The position numbers and the translations under genes are program-made. DNA of 64,000 bases from Spirochaetota bacterium. GTDB taxonomy: Bacteria > Spirochaetota > UBA4802 > UBA5550. The stretch covers positions 1,632,001 to 1,696,000 of the forward strand of contig CAXXHB010000003.1 in assembly GCA_963664815.2 (NCBI GenBank). Direction: 5' to 3'. The notes under the pieces were generated by a model. It did not search any database, was not told the DNA's origin, and saw only the letters and a program-made list of their open reading frames with translations. Positions 58,864 through 64,000 of this stretch are shown here, in pieces; within the stretch, counting starts at the first letter, position 1, and the number at the start of each line of letters is the position of its first letter.

Positions 58864-61419
58864 ATGAAGAAACGTTTACTAAAACTGGCCGGCCCTGCAG
58901 CTGGATTAGCAGTTTTAATAATAGCGCTTGTATTTCTTTTCAGAGAGCTGAAAAGCTATCATATTAATGAAATAATCTCAAGGTTGAAGGTATTTCCTGC
59001 CGGAAAAATAACAGCCGGTTTTTCTCTGACAATTCTTTCATACTTTATCATGACATTTTATGACCGGCTTGCGCTGGTATACATAAAGCGAAAACTGCCT
59101 GGATTGAAGGTGACATTTACTTCGCTTGTTGCGTATATTTTCAGTAATAATATCGGTCTGTCAGTTCTGAGCAGCGGTGCAGTCCGTTTCAGATTTTATG
59201 GTATGCTTGGATTATCTTCACTTGAAATTGTGAAGATAATTGCTTTCAATGCTTTCACATTCTGGATCGGAATAATTACTGCATCCGGAATAATGTTTAT
59301 TTCAGAACCTGTCAGTCTCCCTTCAATTCTAAAATTCCCTTTTGAATCTGTAAAGCCGGTCGGTTTTATAATGATTTCAATAGTTGCAGCTTATCTGGTT
59401 GCCGCATTTTTATATAAGAAGAGCATAACATTTAAAGATATTGAGATTGAGTCTCCCGGTAAATGTATTGCCATTGGGCAGGTTCTCATTTCAACAGCGG
59501 ACTGGATGGCTGCCGGTACGGTGTTTTATATCCTGCTTCCGCCAGGTAACGGAATCAGTTATCCTTTTGTTATCAGCATATTCATGCTCGCTCAGACTGC
59601 CGGTCTGATAAGCCATGTCCCCGGCGGTATCGGTGTATTTGAAACTGTTGTACTGATGATGCTTTCCGGGGTCGTGCCAGCTGCTGATATTTTCACGTCT
59701 CTCCTTTTTTACAGGATTGTTTATTATATAATTCCATTTGTTGCCGGAATTCTTCTTTTTATTGCAGGGGAGATGTGGATCCGAAGACCCGCCGCAGGGG
59801 GAGCTGTAATTTCTTTTGGCAGATGGTTGCCGCGAGTATTCCCCAGTCTGATGGCTATTCTGATTTTTATAAATGGGGTTCTGCTGCTTGTTTCCGCCGC
59901 GCTTCCTAACATCGAATCGAGGATGCACAGGCTTGGTATGATTCTGCCGATAAATGTAATTGAGGCATCTCACTTCCTTTCGGCACTGGCAGGTACCGCA
60001 TTACTTTTTCTGGCTGACAGAATACAGAAAAGGGTTGATGCTGCATATTATATAACATTGATTCTTCTTGTATCCGGCGCGGCATTTATGTTTCTGGGTG
60101 GACTAAATTATGAAGAGGCGCTTTTTCTGCTTCTTTCAATTGCTGCTTTTATACCATCCAGAAAATCTTTCAAGAGGAAGACACCGCTCTTATCGATTGG
60201 ATATTCACAGGTATGGGGCTTTGCAGTTTTAATGGTGCTTGCACTGTTTACATGGACAGGTTTATTCGCTTACAAGCATATTGAATACACTCACAGCCTC
60301 TGGTTAAAATTTGAACTGCTTAATGATGCATCAAGATTTATGCGTGCAGGAATTGGTATTGCATCATCTGGAATTCTTCTTGCAGTGTATATTCTCACAA
60401 GGCCTGTGCGGGAGGGCATAATGCCTCCTTCAGCAGAAGAACTCGAAAATGCAAAAAGAATAACCATGGCCTCTGAAAATCCAGACGGGAACATGGTATT
60501 GCTTGGCGACAAGTATATTCTTTTCAGCAGAGACAGTGATGCTTTTATAATGTATGGTGTGCAGGGTAGCAGCAGGATTGTGCTGGGCGATCCGGTAGGA
60601 GCTGTAGATGGATCAACGGAACTGATATGGAACTTTTGCGAGCAATGCGGGGAGGATGGGGCTAATCCGGTATTTTTCGATGTCAGCACGAGATTTCTTC
60701 CCGTTTATATTGAACTTGGAATGAGCATACTTAAAATTGGAGAAAAAGCCAGAGTGAAACTCTGCGAATTTTCAATTGACGGGTATGATAACAGGGGTCT
60801 CCGTCATGCATATAACAGGACTAAAAAAGAAGGGTATGAATTCGAAATAATTCCTGCCGATTCCCTTTCATCTGTGATTGATGAGATCCATGAAGTCTCG
60901 GATTCATGGCTTTCACTGAAAAAGACGAGGGAGAAGAGCTTTTCAATAGGATTCTTTAATAAAAGTTATCTGTCTAATTTTCCCTGTGCAGTTGTAAAGC
61001 AAGAGGGGAAAATAGTTGCTTTTTCAAATCTGATGTTCACTTCGTTAAAAAAAGAATTTACAATTGACCTGATGCGGCATGACGCGAAAACCCCGAACGG
61101 GATAATGGATTTCATGTTTACAAATATAATGCTCTGGGGAAAAAACGAAGGTTATGAGTATTTTAATCTTGGAGTTGCGCCGCTTTCAGGGATAAAGAAG
61201 AGTCCGGCAGCGCCGTTATGGAACAGGGTTGCATCACTGGTTTTTGGTCATGGTGAGATGTTCTATAATTTCAAGGGTCTCGCCGCATATAAAAGAAAAT
61301 TTCATCCTGAATGGGAGCCTGTACACATTGTGTATTCGAAGCCGCTTTCACTGCCGGGTATTCTTGCTGATATCGCAAAAGTATCAAGTGGAGGTATCAG
61401 GGGAATAATCAGCAAATGA
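58864..61419 (+). CDS. mprF: Bifunctional aminoacyl-phosphatidylglycerol flippase/synthetase
   Basis: About 14 TM segments, SHVPGGIGVFE, LGDK, LGDPVG, DLMRH, LGVAPLSG, FYNFKGL..YK.KF.PEW. Confidence 0.93.
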   Translation: MKKRLLKLAGPAAGLAVLIIALVFLFRELKSYHINEIISRLKVFPAGKITAGFSLTILSYFIMTFYDRLALVYIKRKLPGLKVTFTSLVAYIFSNNIGLSVLSSGAVRFRFYGMLGLSSLEIVKIIAFNAFTFWIGIITASGIMFISEPVSLPSILKFPFESVKPVGFIMISIVAAYLVAAFLYKKSITFKDIEIESPGKCIAIGQVLISTADWMAAGTVFYILLPPGNGISYPFVISIFMLAQTAGLISHVPGGIGVFETVVLMMLSGVVPAADIFTSLLFYRIVYYIIPFVAGILLFIAGEMWIRRPAAGGAVISFGRWLPRVFPSLMAILIFINGVLLLVSAALPNIESRMHRLGMILPINVIEASHFLSALAGTALLFLADRIQKRVDAAYYITLILLVSGAAFMFLGGLNYEEALFLLLSIAAFIPSRKSFKRKTPLLSIGYSQVWGFAVLMVLALFTWTGLFAYKHIEYTHSLWLKFELLNDASRFMRAGIGIASSGILLAVYILTRPVREGIMPPSAEELENAKRITMASENPDGNMVLLGDKYILFSRDSDAFIMYGVQGSSRIVLGDPVGAVDGSTELIWNFCEQCGEDGANPVFFDVSTRFLPVYIELGMSILKIGEKARVKLCEFSIDGYDNRGLRHAYNRTKKEGYEFEIIPADSLSSVIDEIHEVSDSWLSLKKTREKSFSIGFFNKSYLSNFPCAVVKQEGKIVAFSNLMFTSLKKEFTIDLMRHDAKTPNGIMDFMFTNIMLWGKNEGYEYFNLGVAPLSGIKKSPAAPLWNRVASLVFGHGEMFYNFKGLAAYKRKFHPEWEPVHIVYSKPLSLPGILADIAKVSSGGIRGIISK

Positions 61420-61478
61420 AGCTCTATGAAACTTCCGGTAAAAAGTTTTATGTTTATAAGATGAAAAATAATTATTGT

Positions 61479-62480
61479 TCAGAAATGCAGACCACTATAT
61501 AATTCTGTTGTATATGTATTTGTAAGTATCCTGATACCTGAATAATTCGCTATACTGTCAAACACGAATGTTAATCCATAGAAAAAACTGCTTCCATTAT
61601 AACCGATTGAACTTTTAGCATTAATTCTGTAAAATCCGTCATTATCTGTTTTAGTGCCATCAAAAGTCTGATATGTGCGGAGCATATAACCGCTTCCGAA
61701 ATATGAAACAGCTGTGAAAAGATAATCTTTATAAGGATATGTTATTCCGAATCCGGCTCCTGCGGCAATACCTTTAAAGACACCGCTTTTTAAACCGGCG
61801 TTACTGCCGAAAGCAGTTTCATCTTGTTCAGGTATTAATGAAAAATCACTATTGAGTGATTGATATACCGATGATAGAATTGCTATTATAGTCCAGTCCC
61901 ATTCATTCTGCCTTTCGTTCTGCATGAAAGCAGCTCTTAGAGAAAAATCATCTGAAAACAAATAAAAAATAGAAGCGGAATATGTCCGTAAATGTATATC
62001 TGATCTTTTTATTTTTGAATCGTTGTCGGAATAACCATGTTCATTGCTGTTAGTTAGAGAGAACCCTTTGTAATTCATATAAACCAGATCTGCTCCGAAT
62101 TTCCTGCTGTATTCATTAAGTCTGATATCGGTATAATCTGTAATGGATTGCCCGTTGGCCGTGGGAATGTCAGTGATTTTGCTGACATATGAAAAGCCGT
62201 AATTATTATAATAAAGGCCTATACCGCCACTCAGCCTTAAATCAGGCATATATGTGATATGCGCATCCTCCTTTGCTTTTTCTTCACTCTTTGTTTCATT
62301 TCCTCCAGTGAATGGTTTGATGCTCACTAAAAAAACCGGGATCTGAAATGCAAATCTTACAGTTACCGGATCTTTAAAAGGGCTTACAATTATATTATCA
62401 TTACCTGCTGCATAGACCGGTATTGTAATCAAAGTGCAAACGAGGAAAACTATTGTTATTGCAAAGATTCTGATATTCAT
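61479..62480 (-). CDS. Outer-membrane protein (DUF4421-like)
   Basis: Signal peptide, FSLRAAFMQNERQ, IGYNGSSFFYG, C-terminal Phe. Confidence 0.75.
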   Translation of the reverse strand: MNIRIFAITIVFLVCTLITIPVYAAGNDNIIVSPFKDPVTVRFAFQIPVFLVSIKPFTGGNETKSEEKAKEDAHITYMPDLRLSGGIGLYYNNYGFSYVSKITDIPTANGQSITDYTDIRLNEYSRKFGADLVYMNYKGFSLTNSNEHGYSDNDSKIKRSDIHLRTYSASIFYLFSDDFSLRAAFMQNERQNEWDWTIIAILSSVYQSLNSDFSLIPEQDETAFGSNAGLKSGVFKGIAAGAGFGITYPYKDYLFTAVSYFGSGYMLRTYQTFDGTKTDNDGFYRINAKSSIGYNGSSFFYGLTFVFDSIANYSGIRILTNTYTTELYSGLHF

Positions 62481-62560
62481 AAAAGATTCAGGAGTTATAC
62501 TGCTGATTAAGATTCAGTTTCATTTTAATTTAATCCGTCTGATGAGGCAGGCCTTGGAGT

Positions 62561-62707
62561 TTATTCTCCCTGCAGTTGCTTCTTGATCTCTTTCAGTTTT
62601 TCAATGTCATCAGGCGAAAGAGTCTTGTCTCCAGTGATAGCTTTTGATATTAGTCCAATCAGCAAACCCTTGCCGTAGTTGTCGAGATTCAAGCTGCTTT
62701 TTTTCAT
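62561..62707 (-). CDS. Small 48-aa protein not in the ORF track
   Basis: MKKSSLNLDNYGKGLLIGLISKAITGDKTLSPDDIEKLKEIKKQLQGE; GC-richer than its flanks with a purine-rich RBS-like sequence upstream. Confidence 0.55.
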   Translation of the reverse strand: MKKSSLNLDNYGKGLLIGLISKAITGDKTLSPDDIEKLKEIKKQLQGE

Positions 62708-63332
62708 TAAATACTTTCCATGTTTAATAATATATAAGGTTAATGTTTTATGTACAATTATTCGGGATTATTTATTAACTTTTAAATTATGTTTATATAA
62801 TCCTTTTTTTCATGGTTGAATGATAATATAATTTTTCATTAATAAAATTTAAGCAATTAATGCCGAGATATTATATTTAACCTGAGTTTTGATAAAAATA
62901 AAAAATACATTAAATTGTCAACTTCAAATTATCAGTCTGTTTTGAATATTGTAAGATAATAGCTCTGAGTTCTTTTACTTGACATTTGTATTGAAATAGA
63001 GTTAATTAATAAAAGGTCAGGTTATTGATAGAAAATTTCTTATGTTATATTAAAAAGTTCGTTTAAAAAGATGTGTCGGCTTCAAAGTTTACTGTAATAC
63101 TGTTTACAGCGGGTTACTAACAGATTAGAACTTTGTCATTGCGAATATAGAGAAGGATTTTATTTTAGAAATATGTCTTTCATTGTATTAAGCAGGTGTT
63201 CAACAAAAAGACTTTCATGGTATTTAATGTCTTTCAGTGACATTGTTTGTAGTTATTAAATCTCTTACTGATATAATCTGATTAATTCTTTAAAATTACA
63301 CTTTGCGATGAAATAAAAACAGGAGATCAGAA

Positions 63333-64000
63333 ATGACGGAAATACTATCCCAGAATGAAATTGATGGTTTGCTCCTGGCGATATCTTCCGGAGATGTTGA
63401 GTCTGACGGTTGTTCCGGTGTCAGAGAGAAGAAAAAGTTAAAAATATATGATTTCCGCAGACCGGATAAGTTCACCAAAGAACAGTTCCGGATGCTGCAG
63501 ATGATGCATGAAACATTTGCCCGATTGACAGCCTCAATGCTTGCAAATCGTCTTCGTATAATGACGACAGTTACAGTTGTATCGGTTGACCAGCTTACAT
63601 ATGAGGAGTTTACCCGCTCAATACCTGATCCGGCAGTTCTTGCAGTGTTGAGTATGGAACCATTGCCAAATCATGCTGTGATTGAAATAGATCCCGGTGT
63701 AGCTTTTGCAATTATTGAGTGTCTTCATGGCGGTGGTAATACAGAATATGCGTCAATATCACGTGAACTTACAGATATTGAACTCCTTCAGATGGAACGG
63801 ATTATTACTGCCATGATATCAAACCTGAGTTATACATGGGCCAGTGTTCTTGATTTGAAAACCGGATTATCCAGTCTGGAAACTAAACCTCATTTTGCAC
63901 AGATAGTTCCACCCGAAGATTTAACAGCACTTATTACTCTTGAGATCAATATCGGGTCAATCGCAGGTTTGATGAACATATGTTTACCATACATAACAAT
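63333..64000 (+). CDS. fliM: Flagellar motor switch protein FliM (3'-truncated by the window edge)
   Basis: AGGAG RBS; MTEILSQNEIDGLL, KIYDFRRPDKFTKEQ, MHETFARL, SVDQLTYEEF, RELTDIE, MNICLPY. Confidence 0.92.
   Translation, partial: MTEILSQNEIDGLLLAISSGDVESDGCSGVREKKKLKIYDFRRPDKFTKEQFRMLQMMHETFARLTASMLANRLRIMTTVTVVSVDQLTYEEFTRSIPDPAVLAVLSMEPLPNHAVIEIDPGVAFAIIECLHGGGNTEYASISRELTDIELLQMERIITAMISNLSYTWASVLDLKTGLSSLETKPHFAQIVPPEDLTALITLEINIGSIAGLMNICLPYIT

Overview
AT-rich bacterial chromosomal window, probably from an anaerobic spirochaete-like organism. That assignment is inferred only from the FliM sequence style, the membrane-anchored AraC regulators and the signalling repertoire. I found no rRNA, tRNA, CRISPR array, integrase or transposase. 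Bases 1-13 kb form an accessory envelope locus: an operon of membrane proteins ending in an orphan NrdG-like radical SAM enzyme, small exported proteins, two divergently oriented SPFH/flotillin-like paralogs flanking a secreted TPR/Sel1 protein, and a decayed duplication of a DUF4291 plus YD-repeat lipoprotein module. One SPFH paralog is interrupted by a single in-frame TAA. Five genes in this locus share an upstream TCGTCTRT motif. Bases 13-27 kb are a same-strand run of detoxification, efflux and modification genes. Bases 27-34 kb encode PAS two-component signalling. Bases 34-64 kb are mostly metabolic or housekeeping genes: an Fe-S oxidoreductase, dapA, a secreted 12-aa tandem-repeat protein, a PP2C phosphatase, a cold-shock protein, two acyl-CoA ligases, RNHCP-rsgA, a DNA-repair radical SAM enzyme, mprF and a stand-alone fliM running off the right edge. 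All family assignments come from motif recognition by eye; no database search was run.
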